33,197 nt of DNA from Chiloscyllium plagiosum (Eukaryota): positions 78,990,456-79,023,652 of the forward strand of contig NC_057711.1 in assembly GCF_004010195.1 (NCBI RefSeq). Direction: 5' to 3'. Every line of letters starts with the position of its first letter. Position 1 is the stretch's first letter. The notes under the pieces were generated by a model, which saw only the letters and a program-made list of their open reading frames with translations, did not search any database and was not told where the DNA came from. The position numbers and the translations under genes are program-made. Shown in pieces: positions 9,920-21,739 of the stretch.

Positions 9920-12244
9920 CAAAATTTGAATCTAAGTTACTTTTAAATGATATTAAGATCTTTTGAGGAATTTTCTGTTTGGGTTACTGACACAATAAAA
10001 GGGAAAGATGCATACATATAAAACATAGAGATTAAAGAAATTACAAAAACAAGATGAAATTTATCACCCTGAAAAATAATCCTTTAAGCAGCTTCACTAA
10101 TTCATACAGGTTTGGTTGCTTTTCTGCGTATAATTTAACATTATATTAAATCATGTTCAAGTGTATTAAATTGAACTTACAGAGCCAGTTATAAAAATAT
10201 TACTGCAATTGTATGAGCAACAACAAAAAAAACAAGCAATTGAAAAGTTACTGCACACTTGAGAGATCACAATGGCAAAAGAGGGGGCTCCTGCCCTACA
10301 GCAAATACATTTGACAATATTATCTTCAAAGTAATGAAATGCCATACCCTTCATTTTAAGTTAAATGTGTTAGACATATCAGAATAGGCAAAGCTGACAC
10401 AGCAGCAAGTTTAAATTGAAAATCTGAAATTATATATACAATTGGACACAGTGTTAGTGTAATTTATAGGAAAACCACAAACTTGCCAGGTCTGCATTTC
10501 TGCTGAAGTCATTTTATACAATCAGATATGAAAACTGTGCCATTTCTAATGTGTGGTTTTACTGGCAAGTTGCCAAACTCCTGCTGATGTCAGTAGAAAT
10601 GAAAGGAGAGACTTGGGACTCAAATAAAATTACAGTGATTCCACGTAAACCTTCAGAACATGAAATTCAATTTGATCATTCCTTCCTAATGAGATATTAT
10701 ATCAGAGTTCTGTGCTTTTACTTTGTTCTTTAAGATGCAACACCTCATTTGATGATTTGAAAAAAGGGTATAGTTCAAACTATTAAAAACAATATCTATT
10801 CAAGACAGCTAAACAAATACTGACATTTTGAAAGGAAATTTGTTGCAATCTCATAAGGCATTCTGAAATTAATTTCACAATGTCTGCATTAATGGCATCA
10901 CATGAAAGGTGCACTATCACTCATCCTAATTCTGTGCCATTATTCATACCCAACAGTGGGACCGACACCATCTTCTGCACAAATACATCCTTTTAAACAT
11001 TATGTCCATTTTAGATTCTCATGTTATTGAATGAAATTCATGACTCACATGTACAGATGAAGACCATAATAATGTAGATTTTAGGTTCAAAAAGTGAAAC
11101 CTTGTTATAGCTAGGCTGCATTAACAAAAAAAAACCTCCTATTTTCTCCTATATTTAATTAGCAAAATAAAAATTTAAATAGAGAATTACTTCTTTTGGG
11201 AGCCATGAGATCACAATGCCATAAGTGAATTTGTGGTCAATTGAACCACGTTATAACAGACTTCAATGCTATAAACATAGCACTCAGCACCCTCTTTTGG
11301 TTTCTATTATTTTTTCCATTTATGAGACTCCTTTACAGGAGCTGATATGTGACTGTATTATTCAGTCATGCATTGTAAAGGAACATGAACTGCATGTGAA
11401 GGTTGTTAGTCATCAGTGGCTTGAGAGGTCAAAGACTATAGACAATTGCTGTGGATTCTCATTAACGTCGCCGTCAGTGAACACCTCCTTTTAGCAGTCA
11501 GGATAGATTTGAACACACTGAAATTCATCTTTTCTATCTTCCGTCAGTCATCCACCAAACAACTTTGATTGTGACCGCAGAGCAAGCCATCCGACTGCTT
11601 CTCTGTTTAAACAATAGACGAAGACATACAGCCCCTTTGTTTCAATAATAGAGAGGAGTAGAGAGAGAAAAAAATAGAGGAAGTATGGCACAACAAATGT
11701 GACTTAATACAGTGGCTGTCAGTGTACAGTGAGTACAGAATAAGGAAATGTGTATATTAATGTTGACAATTGTATATTTATAGCTGTATTGATTCTGAGA
11801 GTCTGAATCAGACCTGTCAAGTTTCACTCACTTCAATTGTGGTTCCGAACCATGTAACTTCTTTTTGTTACATGCTTGTGAATAATAATAAACAAAGCTC
11901 TGTACACTAAATGGGGGTTTCTTGTGTCTCACACGTTGTACACATAAAGGCTCATTGCTAGTAATTCAATGGTCGTTAGCTGTTTTGATGACTCTTACTA
12001 TGGAAAGTCACACCAAATTATGCGAAACAAAGCTCTTCTATTTTTCTCATGCTTCCACTAATTCCTGGTAGTGACGATAGAGTGACAAAAGTACGCAGAT
12101 GCAGGTACGGCTTTGGTTCTAAACAAATTTGTTTCACTGTCTTTAAACTTTTTAAAGTTTAAATAAAAACTATGCAAAAGTTAAGCCAATGTTAACCTTT
12201 AAGGCAATAATTATGTCTGTGATAGCCCCAAGTAACCTATGCAA

Positions 12245-12365
12245 AATAACTGCTTGGATTTATATAGTTCCTTTAATATAATAAAACATTCCAAAGTGCA
12301 CCACAGGAGCATGATCCAACAAAATATGACACAATATGATGAGATCATAGATCAGGTAACCAACA
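12245..12365 (-). mobile_element. L2-type LINE or SINE 3' tail remnant
   Basis: 'aactgcttggatttatatagttcctttaatataataaaacattccaaagtgcaccacagg' resembles the reverse strand of L2 3' ends (..AAAGGCGCTATATAAATGCAAG..). Confidence 0.55.
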
Positions 12366-12384
12366 CTGATTCAATGAAGAGTGT

Positions 12385-12830
12385 AGGGGTGCATGCCAAG
12401 AGCAGCATCAGACAAACTAAGACTAAGGGCTGAACCTATTGAAACTACAAAAGTGGGCTACGTTCATGCTAAACAGCAGAAGCAGCATTTGATAGACAAG
12501 ATTAAGGGTTCCCACAACCAAAGATCTAAACTCTGCACTCCTGCCACATTCAATGTGAAGGATGTTAGCAGTTAAGTAATTAACAGGAGGCTCCACAAAT
12601 ATCCCTATCCTCAACAACATGGGGGTCAAAGACATCAATGCAAAATGATAAGACTGAAGTATTTGCAATCGTTGTCTGTTAAAAGTACTGAGTGGCTTAT
12701 CCATTTCAGCTTCCTCCTGACTGCCTCAGCACAATTCATTGCACTTCATTTCTAGAAATGGCTGAAGACTACGGGCCTAGACAACACCCTGGCAATAGTA
12801 CTGAAGTGGTGTGTTCCAGAATTGGCTGCA
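12385..12830 (+). mobile_element. Old non-LTR retrotransposon ORF2 fragment (endonuclease-RT linker), CR1/L2 group
   Basis: Broken frames YVHAKQQKQHLIDK...SKLCTPAT and GGSTNIPILN; appears to continue at 13385-13460. Confidence 0.6.
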
Positions 12831-13384
12831 CATCACCTAGTATTGTTTTGGACTTGAAAATGGTTTCTTCAAACCAGACCATTAAGTATGAATCATTAGA
12901 ATGCCCATGGCATTGAGCAATTGAACGAAAGTGGAAAAGTACATGAAAATCAGGCCAAAGGCAAAAACAGCCTGGGAGGTAAGTCTGTGACAACTGAATT
13001 GTCTGTGAGAACTGTCCGGTTTTTATTTGTTATATGGGCCCCTGGATTTGTTCCTTAGCTTGTCGTTAAGGTTAGAAAAGTAGTGTAGTCATTACAAAAT
13101 GGAGATTCAGCACATCATATTGGATTCAGAATAATATTAATATCAGAGACATTGCCCCACTTATTGAACTTTTCACCATCAGGCTGGAGTTAGTGAGATA
13201 TGTATATGTATATTAAGTATACAAAAGATATGTATTTTAAGTAGTTTAAGCTAATAGATTCACTTATTAGCTTGCATCTGTCTCGAATATATGTAAAGTA
13301 GATTAAGCTAATAAATTTGCTTCATATTAAAATGCAAGTGTCTTCTTGTATTAACTTTGATCAAACCTAAAAGATTTCCTTAAG

Positions 13385-13460
13385 TACTTTCAACCTGATA
13401 ATACATCCAGCAATGTGGAAATTTGCTGAGGTATGCCCTGTTCACAAAAAGCAGGACAAT
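13385..13460 (+). mobile_element. LINE fragment at the start of the RT domain
   Basis: 'catccagcaatgtggaaatttgctgaggtatgccctgttcacaaaaagcaggacaa' translates as HPAMWKFAEVCPVHKKQD, the WKxAxVxPxxK motif. Confidence 0.7.
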
Positions 13461-14188
13461 TATGAAAATATGAATTCAAAACAGAACAAGGCCCTTTCGC
13501 CCTTAAAGCATACTCTGCCATTCAATATGATAATGGTGATCTGTTTAGGTTTCAAATTTCATATTCCCATCAACTCCAATAACCTTTAATTCCTTTGCCT
13601 AGCAATAATTTATTTACCTTAGCCTAAAAAAATCCAACAACCTCTTCTCCACTTCTGCCCGTGGCAACCAGTTCCAAAGTCTCACAACCTCTGAGAGAAA
13701 AGAATTTCCTATCATCTCTGTCCTAACTTAAAAACAATGCCCCCTTAGTTTTGTACAGACTCACAAGAGTAAGCATCCTTTACACATCTGTCTTGTCAAG
13801 GCCATTCAGGATCTTATAAACTTCAATCAAATCATTCCTCATCCATATGAACTCTGCTGTAAACCAAGCTCAGTCTGTTGAAACTTTCCTCTCGAGACAA
13901 CTTGCTCATTTCAGGTATCAATCTGGTAAACCTCTTCTGAACCACCTCCAATGCATTTACATCCTTCCAAGGAGTCCAAACTAGACACAGTAGTTGAGAT
14001 GATAGCTATCGAATGCCCTGCAGGACTGAAACATAAAATCTTTTCTTTCATGTTCAATTTTTATTATTCATTTTCCTTTTTAATTTATTGCTGTTCCTGC
14101 TTACTAACTGTTTGTGACTCATGCATTAGGACACCCAGATCCCTCAGCACCTCCGAATTCTGCAATCATTCTCTACTTAAATAATACT

Positions 14189-14509
14189 GTGGGCGGCACG
14201 GTGGCACAGTGGTTAGCACTGCTGCCTCACAGCGCCAGAGACCCGGGTTCAATTCCCGCCTCAGGCGACTGACTGTGTGGAGTTTGCACGTTCTCCCCGT
14301 GTCTGCATGGGTTTCCTCCGGGTGCTCCGGTTTCCTCCCACCATCCAAAGATGTGCAGGGTCAGGTGAATTGGCCATACTAAATTGCCCGTAGTGTTAGG
14401 TAAGGGGTAAATGTAGGGGTATGGGTGGGTTTCGCTTCGGCAGGTCGGTGTGGACTTGTTGGGCCGAAGGGCCTGTTTCCACACTGTAATCTAACCTAAT
14501 CTAATCTAA
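14189..14509 (+). mobile_element. Young full-length HE1-type tRNA-derived V-SINE
   Basis: A box TGGCACAGTGG, B box GGTTCAATTCC, V-domain 'tgtggagtttgcacgttctccccgtgtctgc...gggtgctccggtttcctccca', LINE-like tail, (TAATC)n end, TSD aatact at 14183-14188 and 14510-14515, many intact CpGs. Confidence 0.95.
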
Positions 14510-14582
14510 AATACTCTTCATCTAAAAGTGAAGCATTTCACATTTTCACAATCTGCCAGATTTATACCTACTCACTTAATTT

Positions 14583-14700
14583 GTTTTATTTAATTTTTTT
14601 TTAAACCATATTATTTAAAGATATTATGGATGCAGTAAGGCTTAAATTTTGGCCTCCCAATTCAGGGATAAGAATACTACTACTGTACCACAAAGGGCCC
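14583..14700 (-). mobile_element. Degenerate tRNA-like SINE segment with A-rich tail, directly downstream of the 5S-derived copy
   Basis: Minus strand gggccctttgTGGTACAGTAGtag... (A-box-like), a weak B-box-like aatttaagcc, then aaaaaaaaattaaataaaa. Confidence 0.5.
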
Positions 14701-14704
14701 CTAT

Positions 14705-14807
14705 CCTACTGCACCTTGACCAGGCAATCTCCCTTCAAAGTACTAACCAGGCCTGAGTCTACTTAGCTTTAGAGATCAGGCAACTTCATACTAGTAGGGC
14801 TGTAGGC
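14705..14807 (-). pseudogene. 5S rRNA-derived pseudogene or SINE3-type head
   Basis: Minus strand gcctacagccctactagtatgaagttgcctgatctc-taaagctaagtagactcaggcctggttagtactttgaagggagattgcctgg-tcaaggtgcagtagg aligns end to end with vertebrate 5S rRNA (box A AGCTAAGCAG, GGCCTGGTTAGTACTTGGATGGGAGA), with about a 10-nt deletion and CpG decay. Confidence 0.85.
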
Positions 14808-14809
14808 AA

Positions 14810-14872
14810 AATGTTTCTCCAACAATTTCTATTTTGTTATAGATCTCCAACATCTGCAGTTTTTTGTTTTGT
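14810..14872 (+). mobile_element. Distal half of a PLE terminal unit
   Basis: 'gtttctccaacaatttctattttgttatagatctccaacatctgcagttttttgtttt' matches 9550-9612. Confidence 0.65.
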
Positions 14873-16181
14873 TAGAGTCTGGATTGCTTGATTATGGACA
14901 AATTTCTTAGATTAGTGTGCATCTGTGTTACATCATCCTCACAATTTAATTTCGTGACTATCTTTTTGTCATCTCCAGATTTAACCATATTGCCTTTGAT
15001 TCCCTTATCTACATCACTGATACAAATTGTAAAAAGATGATGGCCAACACAGGTCCCTGTGAGATCCCATTTATCATATTCTACCAATTAGACAAAGACC
15101 CATTTATGTATACTCGTTGTTATCTACCAGCCAGCCAATCTTGTATTCATGCGAATGTTACCACTGTACCATAAACTCCTACTTTGCACAATAACCTTTT
15201 AAATGGAACTTTGTTGAATCCCTTCTAGAAATCCATGTAGAGTACATCAATTGGCTCTCCTTTATTCACAAGGATGTTATTTATTCAATGAATTCCAATA
15301 AATCGGTTAAACACAATTTCCATTTTTTAACAATCATTCTGACTCTTCATGATTACCTTGAGATTTTCTAAGTGTGCGGCAATTGTCTTTTAATGATTGA
15401 TTCCAACAGCTTTCCCATGGCAAACCTCAAACTAACCGGCCTATAATTTCCTGTTTTTGGCTTCCTTCCTTGCTTGAATAGAGGAATGATATTTGCTACT
15501 TTTCAGCCAAATGGAACCTTTCCAGAATCTGCCAAGTTTTAGAAAATTAACACTAATACATTCACTAACTCATTCGTCAATACTTTTAAAAGCCAATGGT
15601 GAGACCTATCAGAATCTGGAGACTTATCAATCTGCAGCTCCATTAATTTGCTGAGTAATACTCCCTCTAGTGATTATAATGTCATAAAATGCTTGCCTTC
15701 CTTCAACCTCCTGACTTACAGGTGTTATTGGAGTACTTATTACACCCTCTATGCTGAGAACAGAAGCAAAATATGTATTCATTATTTCCATAATTTTATC
15801 ATTAACCACTATTAACTCCCAATTCTCATGGTCTGGAGGACTCATGTAATCTCTTCCTTTTTAACTATCTGTCAAAACTCTTGCTATCTGGTTTTACATC
15901 CCTGTGTAGCTTCCTCTCAAAGTTTCTTCAACTGTATAACCATTTAGTCATTCTCTGACATTCTTTGTATACTGACCATTCATTTAATCTGCCATTTATC
16001 TTTGCACAAGTATTTTTTTTCCCTTAAATTTGATACTCTTCTTAACTTATTTAGTTAACCACAGAAGGCTTGTTCTCCCCTTGGAATTTTCCTTTGTAGT
16101 AGGAATGTACTTATTCTGAGCATTTTAAATATCCCTTTAACTGTCAGTCACTGCTTCTTTCCTGATCTATTTTCTAGCCTC

Positions 16182-16498
16182 TGGCTAATATAATTTTATC
16201 ATTTATTGCAAGCGGAGATGAATACAATAGTGGGTAGGTTATGCTTCAATTATATAAAGTATTGGTGAGATAGCATCTGGAGTACTATGAACAATATTGG
16301 TCATTTTATTTAAGGAAGGATGCACATATATTGAATGCAGTTTAGAGAAGGTTTACTAGACAAGTACCTGGAGTGTAAAAGAGTAAGGGGTGATTTCATT
16401 GAAACATAAAGATCTTGAGAAAGCTTGATGTGATAGATGTGGAGAGGGTGTTTTCTCTTATAGAAGAATCTAGAACGAGGAATCACTGTTTAAAAATC
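16182..16498 (+). mobile_element. CR1 ORF2 C-terminal fragment, opposite in orientation to the adjacent CR1
   Basis: Translates as MLQLYKVLVR*HLEYYEQYW and LNAV*RRFTR. Confidence 0.8.
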
Positions 16499-16502
16499 AT
16501 TT

Positions 16503-17640
16503 GCAGTTGGAGGTGCTCCTGTGCATTAGCTACCTTGACCTTCTATGGTGTAAAAGCAGCAGCTTTGAAGGTGCTGACAAAGAAGTATTGGTGAGTTGTT
16601 GCAGCCGCAGTTTTGCAGTGGCAGACTGCATGTATGGTTGCATGCTGGTGAATGAAGTGCTAATCAAACAGGTTACCTGTTCTGGATGACTCAACTTTCT
16701 AAATGTTCTTGGAGCTGCACTCATTCAGGTAAACAAAATTATTCTATCACATCGGTGACTTGTGCCTTGTAGATGCTTGACAAGCTGTAGCTGGCCATTG
16801 GCCATTTGTTATTGGCTGTCGACAACTCAGTCTTTGACTGGATCTTGTTGCCATAATACATATGGCTGAGTTAGGTTTCTGGTCAGTGGTGACTTATAAG
16901 ATGTTGTTGATGGGGATTTAGCATTAGGAATGTTTTTGTCAAAGGAAGGTGGTGGTGATTAGGTTCTTGTATTGGAAATGATACTTTGAGCATTAGAGAA
17001 TCTGACAGTGGGGAAGTAGGCCATTCAGCCCATCGAGTCAACACTAAAATCTCCAAAGAACATCTCACACAGACCAACCCCCTACCCTATCCCTGTAACC
17101 TGCTAATCCATCTAACCTGCAAATCCCTGGACACTATGAGCAATTTAGCATGGTCAAACTATCTAACCTGCATATTGCTGGACTGCGGGTGGAAACCCAA
17201 GCACCTGATGGAAACCCACACAGGTCTGGGGAGAATGTGTAAACTCCATGCAGTCACCTGAGACTGTGATCAAACCCAGATCCCTGGTTCTATGAAGCAG
17301 CAGTGTTAACCACTGAGCCACTGTGCCATCTATTCGCTGACACTTCTATACATGAATCTTGATATCAAATGTTTCCATTTATCAATCTAAATGTGTGTGA
17401 TGTTCAGATATTATTGACTGCTACCAAGGACGACATCAGTATCTGAGGAGTTGTGCATGAAACTGAGTATTGTGCGATCATCAGTGATAATCTTCACTTC
17501 TGACCCTAATGATGGAGAGAAGCTCTTTAATGAAGTAGCTGAAGATGGTTGTTCCTGGGACAACATCCTGAGAACTCATGATATAATGTGTTGAGGTTGA
17601 AAAAGTTGGCCCTTAACATCTTCTTAGTAAACTACACTAC
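16503..17640 (-). mobile_element. Old LINE RT and post-RT fragment, probably the same group as 12385-13460, interrupted by a SINE
   Basis: MSAAPRTFRKL (ORF 16530-16724); QDVVPGTTIFSYFIKELS near 17515-17570, a degenerate QGSVLGPTIFSCFINDLP. Confidence 0.65.
16995..17327 (-). mobile_element. Old HE1-type V-SINE
   Basis: Diverged reverse copy with 'ggagaatgtgtaaactccatgcagtcacctgag...gcagcagtgttaaccactgagccactgtgcc'. Confidence 0.88.
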
Positions 17641-17848
17641 TCAAAATTAATGGAGTATGGATGCATTCTAAATGGATAGCTTGGTTAGAGAAACAGGTAG
17701 TTTTGAAGCACAGGTTTTCAGCATTATAGTGACTGTACAGCATTATACAGCTCAATTACAACTATGGCACATATTCTAAAATAACTTGGTGACATTTTTG
17801 GGCAAGCAGCTTTAACAAGCAATGGAGAACTGTTTACCCTGAGATCAG

Positions 17849-18491
17849 CCTTCCACATCTGTCAGAGATTTACCTGCATTTCCACACATCAGCTACTGTA
17901 TCCGTTGCTCCTGACGTGGTCTCCTCTACATTGGGGAAACAGGATGTCTACTTGAGGGACGCTTCAGAGAACACCTCTGGAACATATGCACGAAACAACC
18001 CCACTGTCCCGTGGCCAAGCATTTAACTCCCCCTCTGACTCTGCCAAGGACATGCAGGTCCTGGGCCTCCTCCATCGCCAGACCCATACCACCCGACGAC
18101 CGGAGGAAAAGCACCTCATCTTCCTTTTTGGGACCCTCCAACCACATGGGATCAATATGGATTTCACCAGCTCCCTCATTTCCCCTCCCCCCACCTGATC
18201 ACAGATCCAACATTCCAACTCGGCATAGCCCTCTTGACCTGTCCAACCTGTCCAAAGTCCTTCCCACTTATCCGCTCCACCCTCCTCTCCATCCTATCAC
18301 ATTCACCCCCAACTTCATCTACCTATTGCATTCTCAGCTATCTTCACTGCAGCCCCACTCCCTCCCATTTATCTTGCAGCGCCCTTGGGGCACCCCTTCA
18401 TTCCTGATGAAGAACTTATGCTCAAAACATTGGTTTTTCTGCTCCATGGATTCTGCCTAACCGGCTGTGCTTTTCTAGCACCACACTCTTC
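17849..18491 (+). mobile_element. 5'-truncated Penelope-like element (GIY-YIG endonuclease, 3' UTR, decayed hammerhead) with 14-bp TSD
   Basis: YCIRCS*RGLLYIGETGCLLEGRFREHL and EEKHLIFLFGTLQPHGINMDF; exact TSD taccctgagatcag at 17835-17848 and 18492-18505; ttcCTGATGA at 18401 with GAAA decayed to AAAA. Confidence 0.9.
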
Positions 18492-19523
18492 TACCCTGAG
18501 ATCAGTGTCTACTGACTCAAACTGAGACTTGTGAGCCCACAAAAATACATTGGGAATGCTCTAAAATCATATATGAGAGGACCACATTTGCATTTTCCTG
18601 TTGATGCACTGTTTAAGCTGCACTTTCATGCAGCTGTAGATGATTCATGCAATTTTTCTATTACTTGTAGAAGTACTAATGGTCATTCTCCCTGCACTGA
18701 CCTTATGGAGCTGTTAGTAGATAAATGATGATGATTATCAATTTTTCTCTTGGGGAAAAAAAACACACCCATTGTTAAAGTTTGACAGTTTGACTGTCTC
18801 TGTCTATAATGTGGCCATTACAATAACTTGCAGCAGTAGAAGTCAGATAACAACCGTTTGACAGGGAGATTATTCATAATAGAAGCTATTTTAAAAATAA
18901 CCATTATACATAATTGAACCTATTATAGACTGTTTCAGAAACGGACAAAACTGTCTTTTCAGTGACAGTGACATGTGCATGTGACAGTTTATACAAACCT
19001 CCACTTCACATTCAGGAATGGGAAATATTTCATGGCAGAAGAAATGTGTCTAAAATTGGCAGGAGTTGGTTTTATCTGTTCAAGATACTGCATAAAGCTG
19101 TAAAGAGCCTGCTGTGCTTCCACATTCAGCAATATTTATTCAAAGAAGTTACTTTTTGACTTGGTTAGAATGCATTTTAAGCTTAAAAATTATTATTGGG
19201 AACATTTTAATAGCGTTATTTCAAGATTTTTCTTAATGATATCTCCCATTCCTTGTTGATGTTAAAAGCAGGCAAACAAAGCAACAGACCTCTATAAGAA
19301 TCTTCGACCTGAAGTGGACCTCATCTGAGAGGGTATATCAAACTTTAATCTGTCTGCCAAGAGGAAGAGGGAGGTATTTTGAAAACAGGTATCTTCAGTT
19401 TGTCAGCTGTCAGTGTGTTCTAACATCCATTGATACGATATGGAGGTGCCGGTTTTGGACAGGGGTGGACAAAGTTAAAAATCACACAACACCAGGTTAT
19501 AGTCCAACAGATTTATTTGGAAG

Positions 19524-19558
19524 TACTAGCTTTCAGAGCCCTGCTCCTTCATCAGGTA
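19524..19558 (-). ncRNA. Minimal hammerhead ribozyme motif
   Basis: UAC-CUGAUGA-A-GGAGC-AGG-GCUCU-GAAA-GC-UA-GUA. Confidence 0.75.
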
Positions 19559-20920
19559 ATTAGTGGGATAGGATCATAAGACTCAGAATTTATAGTTAAA
19601 AATCACAGTGTCATGCAATTAAAATGGCAGATTGAACAAACCCAGATTGCTGTTAAATCTTTCATCTTTTAGATTGGGTTGCAGGTTTCAGTTCAATAAT
19701 ATGAAAATCCCAGAACATTTTTAAGTCACATTCTCGAGATAATGTAAGGTTTTATAAAAATAGATGACATCTCATTTCAGACAATATGTTAAAGGTGTGA
19801 GTTTAGAGTCTGTCTGCATCCCGATCGCGAATCAGTCTAGTTATATTTCCAAAGTTGGAATTTATAAAATATGATATGGATTAATGCCTGCATTGACTGC
19901 CTGCAGGTTGTGTACATTTTGAGCAAGAATGAAATGTATTGCAAAAACAATTCTGCAAATGCAAATTCACCCCATAGACCTATGTGTGTGCATGTACATG
20001 TGAGGGAGAGAGAGAGAGAAACAGACAGACAGAATGCGAATGTGTGCATGTGAGTATGTGCATGTGAGTGTGTATATGTGAGTATGTGCGTTTGAGTGTG
20101 AGAAAGTGTGTGTTTGCATGTGTGCATGCTTGGTAGATGTGTGTGTGAGTGTGATGGAGTATAAGCCTGGAAGAGGGTGTGTGCATGGATGTGAGTGTGG
20201 GGGGTGTATGTGTGTGTTTCTGAGAGAGAGCGTGTATATGAGAGAGGGTGTACATAAGTGTGTGAGTATGCAAGAGTGTGTGTGTGCTTTTGTGTGTGCT
20301 TGAGAGTGTACAGTGTAGTGGGGTCAGTGAGGCATGAACCCAAGGTACCGGTTGAAGCCACCCTCATGGGTACTGAACTTGGCTATTGGTCTCTACTCTG
20401 CATTGTTGCATATCCTGAAATCTGCCTTGGAGGATGGTCACCCAAAGATCCGAGGCCCAATGTTCCTGACCATTGAAGTGTTCCCTGACTAGGATGGAAC
20501 ATCCCTGTCTGGCAATTGTTGCGCAGTGTCCATTCATCCATTGTGTAGCATCTACTTGATCTCACCAATGTACCATACCTCAGGGCATCCTTGCATGCAG
20601 CATTTAACATTTTATGAATTTCATCTTTGGAAATAGAACCAGTCTGACTCAGGATTAGGATACAGACAGACTCTAACCTCACTCCTTTAATATATTGCCT
20701 GAACTGAGATGTCACCTTTCTTTATAAAACCTGAAGTTATCTCAAGAATGTGACTTAAAGGAAATTCTGGGATTTACATGTTAATGAACCGAAGCCTGCA
20801 ACCCATTCTAAAAGATGAAATCCCTAACGGCAATCTAGGCTTGTTCAATGACTTGTTTTAGTTGCATGACACTGTGATCTTTTGCTGTAAATTCAGTGTC
20901 TTATGATCCTGCCCCACTAG

Positions 20921-20957
20921 GTACCTGATGAAGGAGTAGCGCTCTGAAAGCTAGTAC
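20921..20957 (+). ncRNA. Minimal hammerhead ribozyme motif
   Basis: GUAC-CUGAUGA-A-GGAGU-AGC-GCUCU-GAAA-GC-UA-GUAC. Confidence 0.75.
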
Positions 20958-21171
20958 TTCAAATTAAACCTGTTGGACAATAACCTGCCATTGTGTGATT
21001 TTTAAATCAGTTGTTAGCGCTGTCTTCAGTTGATGGATGACCTCAACAAATGTGCTGCTGGTAGCTGTCTGTCTTTATTATGCCTTTACCATGGCGACAG
21101 CTCTTTGATTTCTGAACTTTGTGCCACTGGTTCAGGGTTCATGGTGAATTGGGAAGGATTGTGTTTTTTAG

Positions 21172-21470
21172 GGGATACTAGTGGTAATATCATTGGACTA
21201 GTCAATCAAGTCCCCTGGGCTAATATCCTGGGCAAATGGGTTCAAAACCAACAGGTTTGTGGAATTAAAATGCAATTAAATAATTAATTAATTAAAATGT
21301 GGAATTGAAAGCTAACTTCAGTCATGGTGCCATGAAACCCTCATTGATCGACAGAAAAAAAAAGTTCATCTTGTTCCCTAATATCTTTAAAGGAAGGGAA
21401 TCTGCTTTCCTTATCTGGGCTGGCCTGCATGTGACTCCAGACACACAACAATGTGGTTAACACTGACTTA
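21172..21470 (+). mobile_element. Old tRNA-derived SINE of a second family
   Basis: tRNA-like head 'ctagtggtaatatcattggactagt...gggttcaaaacc' followed by a body 'ctaatatctttaaaggaagggaatctgc...gtgactccagac' that I recognise as a shark repeat. Family name not assigned. Confidence 0.65.
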
Positions 21471-21493
21471 ATGCTCACAATCCCAATTGATAA

Positions 21494-21690
21494 TAGTCCA
21501 AAGATATGCAGGTTGGGTGGATTGACCATGCTAAATTCCCTATAGTATTCAGGTATATACAGGCTAGGTGGATTAGCCAATGAAAATGCAGGGTTGTAGG
21601 TGTAGGTTAGGTGGAATGGGTCTGGAAGAGATGCTCTTCACAGGGTTGGTGTGGATTTGATGGCCTGCTTCCACACTGAAGGGTTATATA
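21494..21690 (+). mobile_element. 3' half of an HE1-type SINE
   Basis: 'gtccaaagatatgcaggttgggtggattgaccatgctaaatt...ggttggtgtggatttgatggcctgcttccacactg' matches 14343-14487. Confidence 0.85.
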
Positions 21691-21739
21691 ATAAATACTA
21701 GCAGCTTTATTCTTATTCAATGAATGAACTAAAAGTTAA

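Larger units (their letters stand above)
13463..16180 (-). mobile_element. Decayed CR1 LINE (3' UTR plus ORF2 RT region) hosting nested insertions
   Basis: CR1 3' UTR at 13463-13620; LFTICISDVDKGIKGNMVKSGDDKKI (RT FADD-type region, ORF 14872-15087); NYRPVSL at about 15430-15450; EIMNTYFASVLS in ORF 15627-15845. Confidence 0.85.
19435..21007 (-). mobile_element. Penelope-like element (second family) with about 415-bp inverted pseudo-LTR arms, a GT-rich tract and the GIY-YIG C-terminus
   Basis: 19475-19890 is the diverged reverse complement of about 20590-21005. The minus strand 20330-20600 carries remnants of the same GIY-YIG tail as ORF 25879-26148. A hammerhead motif lies in each arm. Confidence 0.88.

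Noticed and set aside
12072..12104. Possible 33-nt exon ending GCAG/gtacgg (DDRVTKVRRC)
   Set aside because: Acceptor is weak and the peptide is unrecognised, so evidence is insufficient.
14189..14265. tRNA gene
   Set aside because: A and B boxes belong to the SINE head and run directly into the V-domain; no complete cloverleaf or terminator.
14166..14484. ORFs 14166-14348 and 14227-14484, and similar ORFs at 30452-30901 and 16986-17261, suggesting a repeated gene
   Set aside because: They are translations of HE1-type SINE sequence.
14705..14807. Functional 5S rRNA gene
   Set aside because: Internal deletions, CpG decay, no tandem array and no T-run terminator.
18011..18460. 149-aa Pro/Ser-rich ORF
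   Set aside because: Alternative frame over the PLE endonuclease tail and its C-rich UTR.
19837..20367. 176-aa His/Thr-rich ORF, the longest in the track, and similar ORFs at 32931-33192
   Set aside because: Product of CA/GT-rich low-complexity PLE 3' UTR.
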